64,000 nt of DNA, taken from NCBI GenBank assembly GCA_043228905.1, contig JBHGNT010000010.1, positions 19,592,001-19,656,000 on the forward strand, in the 5' to 3' direction. The translations under genes and the position numbers were made by a program. Positions 1 through 11,000 of the stretch are shown one piece after another. The notes under the pieces were generated by a model. It saw nothing but the letters and a program-made list of their open reading frames with translations. It was not told the origin of the DNA and did not search any database. The stretch's first letter is position 1. Each line of letters starts with the position of its first letter. The stretch comes from Azolla caroliniana. Its lineage: Eukaryota; Plantae; Polypodiophyta.

Positions 1-909
1 CTCGTCGCCGGCAAGGTTTATCTCACTCTCCTCAGTGATGAGCATCAACTCTTCTTCACTTGCCGCGATTGCCGTCGTTCCCTTCCGGTCCGTTCCCCTC
101 CGGTCTTTACTGTTCCGGTCCGGTGTCCGCTTCGAATCGGTACCGTCGGTTTCCTTGTCTTTCCGAAAATGCCGACAGTTCTTCTGGAAGTGTCTCGGCT
201 TGCCGCAATAAAAGCAAGTACGCCTCCCCCTTGACTTTGACCGTGTTCCCGATTTTTCCCGGTTCTGGGAACTATGGTTTCTTTGTCTTCCGCGTTCGGA
301 TTCGGTAAGGAGCACTTTGGAGTCAGAGCTCGTATCCTTATCTTTCCGACGCGCCTCCTCATCTAGCAAGCTCGACTTCACTCTTGCTAGGGATAACCAT
401 TTCCCTTCCGGCCCGGCGTTGCCCAAAGTAACAACCAACGTCTCCCAACTATCTGGGAGGGAACCAAGCAGGAGTAGCGCTAGTACCTCATCGGCGAGAG
501 GTACTACCAATGATGTTGCCTGGTGTATCAGACCCTGGAAGGCATTCATGTGCTCCGCCATGTTGGAGCCATCTTGGTATCAGAGTCTTACTAGCTTCCG
601 GAATACCGAAACCTAGTTAACAACATTTTTGTTCTGAAACATAATGCCAATCTTCTCCCAGAGCTCATGAGCCTTGCTCTCTTCATTGAAGTTGTTGTAT
701 AGGCTCATGTCAATGAAGGACCATATGTATGTCGTTGTCTTCATGTGCATCACCTCCCATATCGTGGCGTTGATTTTGTCCGGTCTCTTGTCCCCGAACT
801 GAACCGGCAACCAAAGATCTTTAACCACGAGCATGTCTCTCATCTTCGACTTCCACACCGAGTAGTTGGAGCCGGTGAGCTTGAACATGCCTCCCAACGA
901 ATCGTCCAT
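1..909 (-). pseudogene. Copia gag (disrupted)
   Basis: ORF 613..909 ends at a premature stop. Gag homology continues leftward with further stops and includes a CCHC knuckle. Confidence 0.85.
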
Positions 910-1468
910 TTTCTGTGTGGTTTCGCTCTTATACCACTTGACAAGGAACTACACGCTCCCCATGAACAACGCTCGGCCACAACCAAGCTTAGAATCAAAC
1001 ACAGAAAAACGGGAATGAAGGCTCGACACAATGGAGAGAAGAGTACACAGGAAAGAAAAGAAAATACAGGATGTTAACGTGGAAAACCCAAACTAGAGAA
1101 AAACCACGGTAGCCCACAGACTCCAAAATATCACTATATCACAATGATTACAGCAGTGAGCTAACGGAGGCAACGACCTCGTGCTCACAATCTTCGCCAC
1201 AAGCGGCGGTTACAACAGAGGCAACGACCTCTTCGTTTCTTTCTCTCTCTCTCTCTCTCTGTACACTGTTGCGCTCTAATCTTGCATCAACAAGGATGAC
1301 AACATCTCTACATACAAAGTTTGCCCTAAGTCATATTTATACTAATATGACTTTTTGGCTATTTACAAATATAGCCCCGATGGACTCTCAAAAGACATAT
1401 TTACGAATATGTCCCTTCATCCGGTGAGCGCTCCTCACCGGGCCTGCATCATCCGGATCTTGCGGGGC

Positions 1469-1640
1469 ACACCACATCTGGTTCTCACCGGGTCCTCCGT
1501 AGTCGGGTACTCGTCATCCGGCGCTTGACGGGTACACCACATCAGGTTCTCACCGAGTCTTCCGTAGCCGGGTACTCGTCATCCGGCGCTTGCCGGGTAC
1601 ACCACATCCGGTTCTCACCGGGTCTTCCGTAGCCAGGTAC
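1469..1640. repeat. 65-bp tandem repeat (~2.7 copies) in the U3 end of the Copia LTR
   Basis: ACACCACATC recurs at 1469, 1534 and 1599 with near-identical units. Confidence 0.9.
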
Positions 1641-1646
1641 TTCTCA

Positions 1647-2759
1647 CTTCCCATCCAGAGGGACCTGTTTCCTAACAGTGGCCACTTTGGCCGAACAGCC
1701 GAAGTCTCCGGAACGGTGCGGAGAACGATTTCGTATGTTCGCCCTCCAACGACTTGTCCATAGCCACTGACTCCTCGGTGGGGTACCCGAAACTGCCTGT
1801 CTCGTTCCAAACCCGCGATCGTCACTTCTCCGATTCCGACCTTATCCTTGGTCGAACTATCTCGGCAAGTCGAGAGGGTGTTGTGCTCCGCACCTTCTCC
1901 CGTGGTACCTTCCTTCGGCCTACGCATGGGCCACATCCGTCTCATTCGGAAAGCCGACTAACTTTGGATCTCCGAAATCCCACCGCGCATTGGATCTCTC
2001 CTCTTTCTCGACCATCACCTTCAGAGCCTCGTACGCTTCCCGAACCAGGGCCTTGACATCAATCTTTGCCATTTTGTCTCGTTGCGCGCTCGCTCCCTAC
2101 TGTGATGACGCATCGTCACGCGTCATCTTCCCTTTTCCTTTCGCGGACCGCTCCTCATCCAACCATCAGCATACTCTTTCGAATTTCGACCAGTCCTCGC
2201 TAAGGTCATTCGCTCCGTCGTTATCTTCGAGCTCAATTCTGATGGCCTCCCGTCCCGGTCGATCGATCGACTTGACGAACAACAGGACTTTGTCCACCCC
2301 CACCAATCTTTGTTCCCGCTCTAGGAGCCAAGCATGTCGTCGCTCGAACTCTCGGAACGCATTCGTTGCGCCCCGGTTGGTCTTTGTCGATGCTACCCAT
2401 TGGTCGAAGTCGTGCCGCCCCTTGCTTTTTGGTCGTCCTCCGTACGCCTGCAGGAGCGCCCCTTCGAAGGCCTCCCACGAATTATGAGCTTCGTGAAGCC
2501 CCTTTACTTCCACGTATCTCTGGTCCGCTATGACCCGACAAAAGAACTACAATCTCAACGCCTCGTCTATACTTCGCGCCTCCATTTCCGCGATGTAGAC
2601 TTCCAAGTAGAATGAGACTTTGTCCTTGTTGAAACGGCCGATTTTTTCTACCACGCACCTAACCGTTTATTGTGTTGCCTCTCGTCTCATCGTCGCTTGT
2701 CCAAACTCCATCACCACTTCGACCACCATCTCTGTGAGGTCATCGTCTTCCAACTCCAT
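1647..2759 (-). pseudogene. Degenerate Ty3/gypsy gag and downstream repeat region (unit A2)
   Basis: From ATG 2759: MELEDDDL...GRFNKDKVSFYLEVY...WEAFEGALLQAY...FDQWVAS...FREFERR...DKVLLFVK, with stops. 'GTTGEGAEHNTLSTC' matches 'GTTGEGAERATLSTC' in element B. Confidence 0.8.
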
Positions 2760-2775
2760 CCTCCCTTGCCGCCCT

Positions 2776-2793
2776 TTCACGTCAGGTTCACCA
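2776..2793 (-). promoter_or_regulatory. Primer-binding site complementary to the tRNA-Trp 3' end
   Basis: Minus strand TGGTGAACCTGACGTGAA, 4 nt from the LTR end. Plant tRNA-Trp ends ...TTCACGTCGGGTTCA-CCA (recalled, not searched). Confidence 0.8.
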
Positions 2794-2797
2794 AAGA

Positions 2798-3709
2798 TGT
2801 CGCGGAAATCTGCATGCACGTGTCAAATCGAGCGGAACCACTAGGGTCATGGACCAAGAAGAGATGGATACTGGGAGACCGACTCTCTCCAAAACCGGCT
2901 GCGTTGACCGTTGTCGAGATATTACGCAAGTGCGTGCGGAATAGAGGCGGGACCGCGGGGGTCTCGAACCAAAGAGCAAGCGAGGGAGGAGAAAGAGAGA
3001 GAACCGGCTACGCAGGACCGGGGATACACAGGGACACGGCCCTTCAGCACGGAGAACGCGAACAGACACCGACACAGACGGATGCGAATGACTAAATATG
3101 TGTATTAACAAAATGGCTAACACGACTACAACCCCCGATGGGGCACAGGTTGGTTGCAACCGAACAGGCCGGCGAACAGATGCCGATGCCTGTTCGCTTT
3201 GACGCACAAACGGGGAAATGGGGGGGGTAGCAGGTCGGAGGTGCTGCCGGAAGCACTCGGGCGTTCCTCGAAACAGCGCGAGCCTCCCCGGAACCCTGCA
3301 CAGAAAGCTTTGGAGCTCAAGAAGGAAGGAAACGGAGAGAGCGAAGCGTCCAGAAACGGTCCGACAGCACTTCGTCCTCTCCGCGCCCGATCCCTGCAAC
3401 AGCTCTTTCCCGCTCCTTATATAGGCCGACGAACAGGCCGTCGTGTCAGCTTTATTCCCTGTCCCTTTTGGACAGGGATCCGCTCCGTTTTTCACAGATC
3501 CGCGTAGTTACGCCGCCGACTCGTACAGTTCGCGCGCGCGACCGAAAAGACTGTTCGCGCGGTCTTTGTCTCCACTTGAGTTAGGGCCCGTTCCTGCCGA
3601 TTATCCTCTCAATTCGTTTCTATGTACAACTCGGAGCGTGCGCGCGTGAAGAACCGGTTCCCACGCCTTGGTGCGCCGATTCCGCCTATGGACGGTTTTC
3701 TTCACGACA
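2798..3709 (-). repeat. Gypsy A LTR (912 bp), shared between two tandem units
   Basis: Minus strand TGTCGTGAAG...CGCGACA. PPT on one side (3710-3726) and PBS on the other. Its right 554 bp match 7238-7791 with about 1 mismatch. Confidence 0.9.
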
Positions 3710-3780
3710 TCCGCCCCCACCTAACCGCGCATCCTCCGGTATGCGCCAAGAGAGTTGGGACGGAGAAAACCGGCCCGTCT

Positions 3781-6700
3781 TCATTCCTCGCCCGTCGGTT
3801 CTTCTTCATTTTCGGATCGTTCGTCACTGCCGACCAGGAGAGCCGGGTCTGGCTCGTCGTCGTGTCGCTTCTTGAACGCTTTGATCCGCTTCCCTGCAAC
3901 CGGTATCGCCATTCTCGTGCCGTCAAGTTCCGCCAGGTGATATGTCCCGTTGTCATTGGCGCTCCGTACCACGTAAGGCCCGAACCACCTTCGTGCGAAC
4001 TTCCGTGTGGCTCGGTGCTGGTTGTCGAGGCTGCTGTCGTAGACGAGCACCCAGTCACCTTCTTCGATTTTCTTCGGTCGTAGCCGGTGCGTTCAGTCGA
4101 ACCGGGCTTTGTTCTTTGTCCTCGCCACCCGGAGCTTCTCCGTAGCCAGTGCCACGTCCTCCGGCCTCCGCTCGAGCTGTCGTATACGTGCGACCAACAA
4201 CTCCTCCCGGCTCATCTCGTCCCTCCAGTCGACCGTTGCCCACGAGGAGATCGTCCGTTCAATCGGCATGATCGGCGTCTGGCCGAACATGAGCTCCGTC
4301 GGCATGTACCCGGTTACCGAACTGTGCGTGGTCCGGTCTGCCCACAAAGCATAAGGTAGCAGCCGCGGCCAGTCACCGGCTCGGCCTCCGCATGCCCGAA
4401 CCAACGCCTTGACGATCGGTCCGTGTCCGCGCTCCACCTTTCCATTCGCCTCCGGATTGTACGCAGTGGTGAGCGAGAGCTGGACTCCCAGCCGGTCGAA
4501 CAGCTCCGCGGCTTCTTCAGCGTCCAACTCCCCTCGGTCAGCCACGATCTTCCCGACGCACCCGTACCGGCATATCACGTCCTCGATTAGGAACCGGCAT
4601 ACGGCCGCGGTCGTTTTGTTTGGAAGGGCCCGGCCTTCCACTTGGTTCGTCAGATCCTCCCGCGCTAGGACCAGGTACCGCATCTGTCCTACCCCCATTG
4701 GCATCGTCACCAGATCTACCATCCATTTGAAGTGGATGGTCGGAGGGTACGTGGGGTGAAGCTCGTCCCGATGTCGGACTATGGAGTGCATCTGACAGCT
4801 CCTGCAAGTTGTCACGAACCGATGCACGTCCCGGTACTGCCCCGGCCACCAATACTTCCCCTTTAGTTTCTCAAACGTAGCCCATGTTCCACGGTGTCCA
4901 GCCCAAGGGCTGTCGTGGTAGGCCGTCAGCAGTTCCTCCTGTTCTTCCTTCATCGCCACCACTCGGAGCGGGACGCCGTCCCTCTTCTTCGGGTGCTTCC
5001 ATAGATGCCCATCTCGGAGAAAGAATCGATATGCTTTCTTCCGGATCCGGTTGGCCTCGTCCTTCGTCCATGACGCATCGGGCGTCATCGTCTTCAAAAA
5101 CCCGCCGATCTGCAGCCATTCCCCGTCGTACTTGCTCGCGTCGAACTCGTTAAGCGCCGGAGTGCTCATCCCGTCGGTCGTTATGTATGCCGCCTCGAAG
5201 AAATCCACGCCGACTTCTTCGTCTTCCGAAACCATGCCGCCCTCGTCGTCGAACCTCGCCCTCGAAAGCATGTCGGCCATGGCGTTGTCTTTCCCGGAAA
5301 TGTGTCGTATTTCCGGGTCCAGGGACTTGATGTACGCTATCCACCTGAGCATCGCCAGGTCCGGAGTCGCGCATCCGGAAACCATACCGAGAATCGGCAG
5401 GCAATCCGTCTCGATGATCACTTCCGTCCCTATCAGGTAGTCTTTGTCGGCCTTAACCGCCGAAACAATACCCCAGAGTTCGCGTTTAACCTGGGCGTAT
5501 CCTCGCTGCCGTTCACTGAGGACTTTCGCGCCGAATCGGATCGGAAACCGATTGCCGTCCTCGTCTTCCTGGTTCACGACCCATCCGATCCCGGTCGGAC
5601 TGGTATCCACCGTTATGAATACCGGGGTACCCTTCCCGTAAACCGCCTTCCGGAGTGCCGGTGCCGCTGCAAGGGCCTCTTTCAGCTTCCGGACCGATTC
5701 CGCGTGCTTGTCTAGCCATTCGAACCTTCGCCCCTTTTTCAGCAACCCGTACAGTGGCTCCGCGACGTGTGCGTAATGCGGGATCCATATGTGGTAGAAC
5801 GCGCATGCCCCCAGGAATCTCCGTACTTCCGTGACCGAGCTGCAGTCGGGCTTCATCGCGGAGATGGCTTCTACCTTCGCCGGAGACGGTTTCCGGCCAT
5901 ATGGTCCGCACAGGTGTCCGACCACCATGATTTCTGACTGCCCGAAGGCCGACTTCTCCCCGGAGAAGGTGAGTCTCGCATCCTCTAGCCTTTGCAGCAC
6001 CTTCTCGCAATCGTCGACGTGCGTCGCCACGAATCGCCGGCATCCGTCCGGCCCGATCGTCTCGTCCTTTTCTTCCACCGGGCATCCCTTGATCGGGATG
6101 TCGTCCAGAAACGGCATGGTAATGTCCGGGACACAGTCCCTCAGAACCTTGTTCATCGCATTCACCATGTGGGCCACCGAGTTGGTCCCTCCTTGCGGCA
6201 GTGTACACATCCGAACTAGGCCGAGGGGAGTTCGCATCGTCGTAAGGTCTCTGCTCTCCACGGCCAGCTGGAACTGGTCGTACCCTGAGTATAGATCCCC
6301 GACCGAGTAAATTGACCTTCCGGCGAAGGCCTCCGCGAACTCGTCTATGGTCGGTCCGATTCCTGCGTTCCGAATGGTCACTCGATTGACCGGCTGCAGG
6401 TCCTGGATGAAGCGCAGCGAACCGTTTTTCTTCGGTACGGTAAACCATCGATTCGAATATGGGGCGCTCGACGGCTCGAGAATTCCCATATCAACTTTCT
6501 GCCTCAGCAGCTCCATCAACTTCGGGATGTGAGCTCTCGGAACCGGGATTGGCTTGAGATTCCATGGTACATGCGGTACCGTGAATATCACCATCGGCTC
6601 CACGATCGTCGGGTCAACGCACCCGATTTCCTCCGGCGAGAATGCGAAGGCTTTCCCGTGCCTTCCGAGCATCCTCCGAAACCGGTCTTCCTCCGCCGGC

Positions 6701-7137
6701 AGTAGGAACCCGCCCCCACCGATTTTGAGCTCTCGGAGCGTCTCGTCAGTGAAGGTGTGCCCTATGCAGGCCGGATCTCGTAGACTAGGGTCTGATGCAA
6801 CCCCTTTGATTCTCGACGCGCTGTCCTCCGGTAAGGGTGCCGCTACTGGCCTTACCTTCCGGTCCACAGTCTTGTACTTGGTGTTTACGTGGGCCGTCCG
6901 AACTGACTCGAGCCCTCGACCGAAGTCCGCGATGACTTCGTACATCTCCTCGGAACACACCGGTATCGTCCGGTCGTCGTTAAGGCCTTCTTCGACTACC
7001 TTTCCCAGCATTCCCAAGGTGTCGTCGAATGAGACCGCCTCCACGGCTCCGTTGATTTCCTCGTCCGGGCCGAGAACTCCGCACGCTCGAAGTCTCGCCT
7101 CCGTCTTTGTTTTCTCTCGGCCGGCGATGCCGACCAT
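3781..7137 (-). CDS. Gypsy Pol (RT, RNase H, integrase, GPY/F tail) with one in-frame TGA at 4093-4095
   Basis: RT: DLYSGYDQ, LPQGGTNS, PFLDD. RNase H: VDTSPTGIG, RELWGIV, TDCLP, ADMLSR. Integrase: H-H-C-C, WMVDLV, ADRGE, VERGH, WFGPY. ORFs 4093.. and 3781..4050 share a frame (KARFD*THRLRP). No chromodomain. Confidence 0.93.
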
Positions 7138-7237
7138 NNNNNNNNNNNNNNNNNNNNNNNNNNNNNNNNNNNNNNNNNNNNNNNNNNNNNNNNNNNNNNN
7201 NNNNNNNNNNNNNNNNNNNNNNNNNNNNNNNNNNNNN
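7138..7237. other. Assembly gap (100 N)
   Basis: Run of N. Confidence 1.
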
Positions 7238-7791
7238 GCAACCGAACAGGCCGGCGAACAGATGCCGATGCCTGTTCGCTTTGACGCACAAACGGGGAAA
7301 TGGGGGGGGTAGCAGGTCGGAGGTGCTGCCGGAAGCACTCGGGCGTTCCTCGAAACAGCGCGAGCCTCCCCGGAACCCTGCACAGAAAGCTTTGGAGCTC
7401 AAGAAGGAAGGAAACGGAGAGAGCGAAGCGTCCAGAAACGGTCCGACAGCACTTCGTCCTCTCCGCGCCCGATCCCTGCAACAGCTCTTTCCCGCTCCTT
7501 ATATAGGCCGACGAACAGGCCGTCGTGTCAGCTTTATTCCCTGTCCCTTTTGGACAGGGATCCGCTCCGTTTTTCACAGATCCGCGTAGTTACGCCGCCG
7601 ACTCGTACAGTTCGCGTGCGCGACCGAAAAGACTGTTCGCGCGGTCTTTGTCTCCACTTGAGTTAGGGCCCGTTCCTGCCGATTATCCTCTCAATTCGTT
7701 TCTATGTACAACTCGGAGCGTGCGCGCGTGAAGAACCGGTTCCCACGCCTTGGTGCGCCGATTCCGCCTATGGACGGTTTTCTTCACGACA
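7238..7791 (-). repeat. Gypsy A 5' LTR (partial, cut by the gap)
   Basis: Near-identical to 3156-3709 and ends TTCTTCACGACA. Confidence 0.92.
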
Positions 7792-8723
7792 CCGTGGCAC
7801 AAACCGGAGCGATTTCGGATGCGTATCGAAGGCTACCGAACATAAGAGAGAGAGAGTACACGCCGTCGTGAAGATTTTCGTCCACAAGCGGAAACCCGAG
7901 CAACGAGAGCCAAAGAGCGATGTGCAACGTTGCACACGTACATAATGTATTTGTAATAGTAATAAGGGTAAAGTGCATGGTGCTAGGAATGCCCCCATAA
8001 GATCCCTAAGGTATAAAGGTGATGTGGTCTTGTGCGCACATCCACGCGAGAGAGAGAGAGAGGTATTATGCGGTACATAGGTACCTAGTTGTTTGTGAGG
8101 AGGTGGGAGTTAAGGGGCCATCAATCTCACCCTCCCCCAAATCAAGGCAAATATCCCCTTTGAATGAAAGGGGATATTTTAGTCTCACTTTTGTAAACGG
8201 TCTTCCCTCCTTGTGCTATAAAAGGAGAGAGAAGGCACCATTGTGGGGGTTGCCTAATTTTGAGTGTGCGAGGTATACCACATAGGTCGAGCGTTAGGGT
8301 TAGGGCTAGGGTTTCTTTATCTTTATCGTTATCTTCATCTTCGTCGGTTAGGGTTTCGAGTAGTCGTTTAGTGCGGCCTACGCGGCCACCATTTTTGTAA
8401 TCGTTCACTTCGTTTTAATATATCTTGTTGATCATCTTGTCTCCATCTTCCTCTTGTTCGATCTAATCTCTTGTTCATTCTTCTTCTTCTTGAGCAAAGC
8501 TTCCATTCCATGTCCGATTCCTTCTCCTCTACTCCTTAGTCCAAGACCCCCGTGGTCCCACCCTTCGCCACACACGCGCGTAGCAACGTGACATATTTGG
8601 TGAACCCGACATATTTACTCCTTAGTCCAAGACCCCCGTGGTCCCACCCTTCGCCACACACGCGCGTAGCAACGCGACATATTTGGTGAACCCGACGTGA
8701 AGAGACGGCAAGGGAGGAAGGAG

Positions 8724-10550
8724 ATGGAAGACGGAGACATCGCGGAAGTAATTACGAGAATGGCAAGGGATTTCGCAAGAAGGAGAGAAAGACGGGAAGA
8801 GGCGTACAAGTACGATCGATGCGAGTTCGATCTATGGGTGTCGTCGGCAAAGGCTCCTCGAAGCGCAATGAAGGCATTCCGGGAGTTTGATCTCCGGTTT
8901 TCCCAACTTTCGGTTCGGGATCAAAAATCGGTGGGGGCGGACAAGGTCCCACTATTCTTGAAGTGGGTCAACGAAAGGGGGAGAATGGCCATTTTTCCCT
9001 ACCTCGAAGACGATGAAGGGGCGTACGGCCTCACCGAAGATTGGAACGAGGTGGAATGGGCGTGCATACAATGCAATGAGAGGCGGTCGGCCACAACGCG
9101 GCCCGCGAGCGGCGGAGAAGAGAGAGCGGCGACCGACTACGCACTATCGCCGAAAGAGAGCTCAACGCAAATCGGTTCAGAGGAGCTCGACATCGAAGCC
9201 TTGGTGCGGGAAGCGTACGAGGTCGTAGAGGCACAAATCGAAGCCGAAGAAGGGCTTATTGCGGAGTCGGGTTCGAGCGGATCGGAGGATGAGGAGGCTG
9301 AAAGAGAATGGTACATCGGTACCACGGGAGAGGGTGCGGAGCGAGCCACCCTCTCGACATGTGGAGAAAGATCGACCGAGGACGAGGTCGGGGACGGTGA
9401 GGCGGCGATCGCCGGTTCGAGCGGACATGAGGGAGTTCGGGCATGGAGGCCCGAAACATCGAGCGGGGAGAAGACGGGCGGTGGTGCCAGGACCTTACGC
9501 ACACCGGGCCTAGAGACTCCGGCGACCGGCCCAAGAGCCGGTGTGAGACCTAGAGTGACGGGCGGTGGAGGCGGCAAGGCGGGCAACCACGATGGTGACA
9601 TGGGAGAGGGTACGGAAAGAGTGACGCTCTCGTCTTGCGGCGAATGGACGGCCATGGAGGCCGGTAACTACGGATTCTGGACATGGCGGCCCGAAACATC
9701 GAGTGAGGAGGAGACAAGCGGCGGTGCCGTGACCTTACACACACCGTCCCTAGAGGCACCGGCGGTCGGCCCGATTGCTGGCGTGAGACCTAGAGCGACG
9801 GGCGATGGTGGCGGCAAGGCGGGCAACCGAGACAACGGTAAGGAGACCGTGGAAGAGGAGGCAGCAAGCATAATTGATTCTTGCATATACGAAAGCGGGG
9901 TAGCTACGGACGACGATGTCCGAATGGAGGTGTCTACGGGCATAGCATCGACGAGCAGCGGCGTTGCTACCTTACATGCACCGGTTCAAGAGACCCCGGC
10001 GGCCGGCCCGAGTGCCCGCGTGAGACCTAGGGTAACCAACGGTGGCGGCGGCAAGGCAGGCGACCACGGCAACGATGTGGGAGAGGGTGCGGAGCGAGCG
10101 ACCCTCTCAACTTGCGGAAAGAGGACGGACATGGATGAGGCCAATATCTACAGAGCAATGGACGCCACTTCGAGAGTGGGCGAAAGTTTCGGGACGCGGT
10201 TGCCCGAAACGTTCTACGAGGATTTCGCGAGCATACTCGAGGCTTACGAAATCGAGGAAGAAGAGGAGATGAGCGGAGGTGCCACGACCTTCCACACACC
10301 GGTCCTAGAGACTCCGGCAACCGGCCCGAGAGCCGGTGTGAGACCTAGAGAGACAGATGGTGGCGGTGGCAAGGCGGCCAACCGAGATGACGAAGAGGAG
10401 GTTTGTAGCGGACGGAGGCGAGATCCCTCGACACTGGGGCCGGAGAGTTCGGCAGTTGCGCCCGAGCGCGGACATAAGACCGGAGAGATGGGCGGTGGCC
10501 GTGAGGATGAGAGGCCCGGAGTGGGCACGTGCGAAAAGGCCAAAGGAGAG
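8724..10550 (+). CDS. Element B ORF, N-terminal half: partial Gag capsid followed by acidic G/E/T-rich repeats
   Basis: ORF 8697..10556, ATG 8724. 'EFDLWVSS..AFREFDLRF..DKVPLFLKW..LTEDWNEVEWAC' aligns with the A2 gag. About 4 copies of 'LHTPxLETPATGPRAGVRPRxTxGGGGKAGN'. Confidence 0.7.
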
Positions 10551-11000
10551 TGTTGAGAGACAAGCTCAACATCGGCCGGATCGGCTGAAGAAGCCGAGGA
10601 CCGGATCGATTGGGACCGATCGGTTAGGTAGTTAGGAAAGATATTCCGTGAGGAATATATTTGGGAGTTAGTGTAGGGGCTCTTGATGAGCATTGAAGTA
10701 TTGTCAGTACTTCGGTCAGTCCTTCCAGGACTTGTATAAAAGTGCTCACTGAGCACGTCTTATCTACAGAGATTGAGTATTATTGTGAAATATAGTTTTT
10801 TGTGTTTCTCTCTCTGTCTCTCCCGCGTATATCGTGTAAGTCCAACCTCTCCATTAAACCTGTGTTTCCTTCCTCTATTTTGTCTTCATACCTGCTTCCG
10901 CACGCTACTTTCTACATGGTATCAAAGCGCGAGGGTTGAGAACCTCTCTACAGCCGACACAGCTTGACGAAGAAGAACAAGAAGAACGATGGATAGAGGC

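Larger units (their letters stand above)
1..1646 (-). mobile_element. Ty1/copia LTR retrotransposon, 5' part (runs off the left edge); 5' LTR 939-1646, PBS 925-936, decayed gag
   Basis: LTR bounded by TG/CA. Minus-strand PBS TGGTATAAGAGC (tRNA-iMet type, 1 mismatch). Gag 'FKLTGSNYSVWKSKMRDML', UBN2-like 'LLLLGSLPDSWETLV' and zinc knuckle CFYCGKPRHFQKNC (~170-220). In-frame stops present. Confidence 0.88.
2798..7791 (-). mobile_element. Ty3/gypsy non-chromovirus LTR retrotransposon (unit A1, pol-bearing); gag/protease hidden in an assembly gap
   Basis: Two near-identical LTRs, PPT GGTTAGGTGGGGGCGGA, and RT-RH-INT domain order. Confidence 0.9.

Noticed and set aside
4093-7383. 1096-aa ORF as a single protein with a novel N-terminus
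   Set aside because: It reads through the N gap. The N-terminal part is LTR sequence.
8293-8314. Interstitial telomere (TTAGGG x3), also at ~23937
   Set aside because: A short telo-box-like motif that is part of the B LTR.
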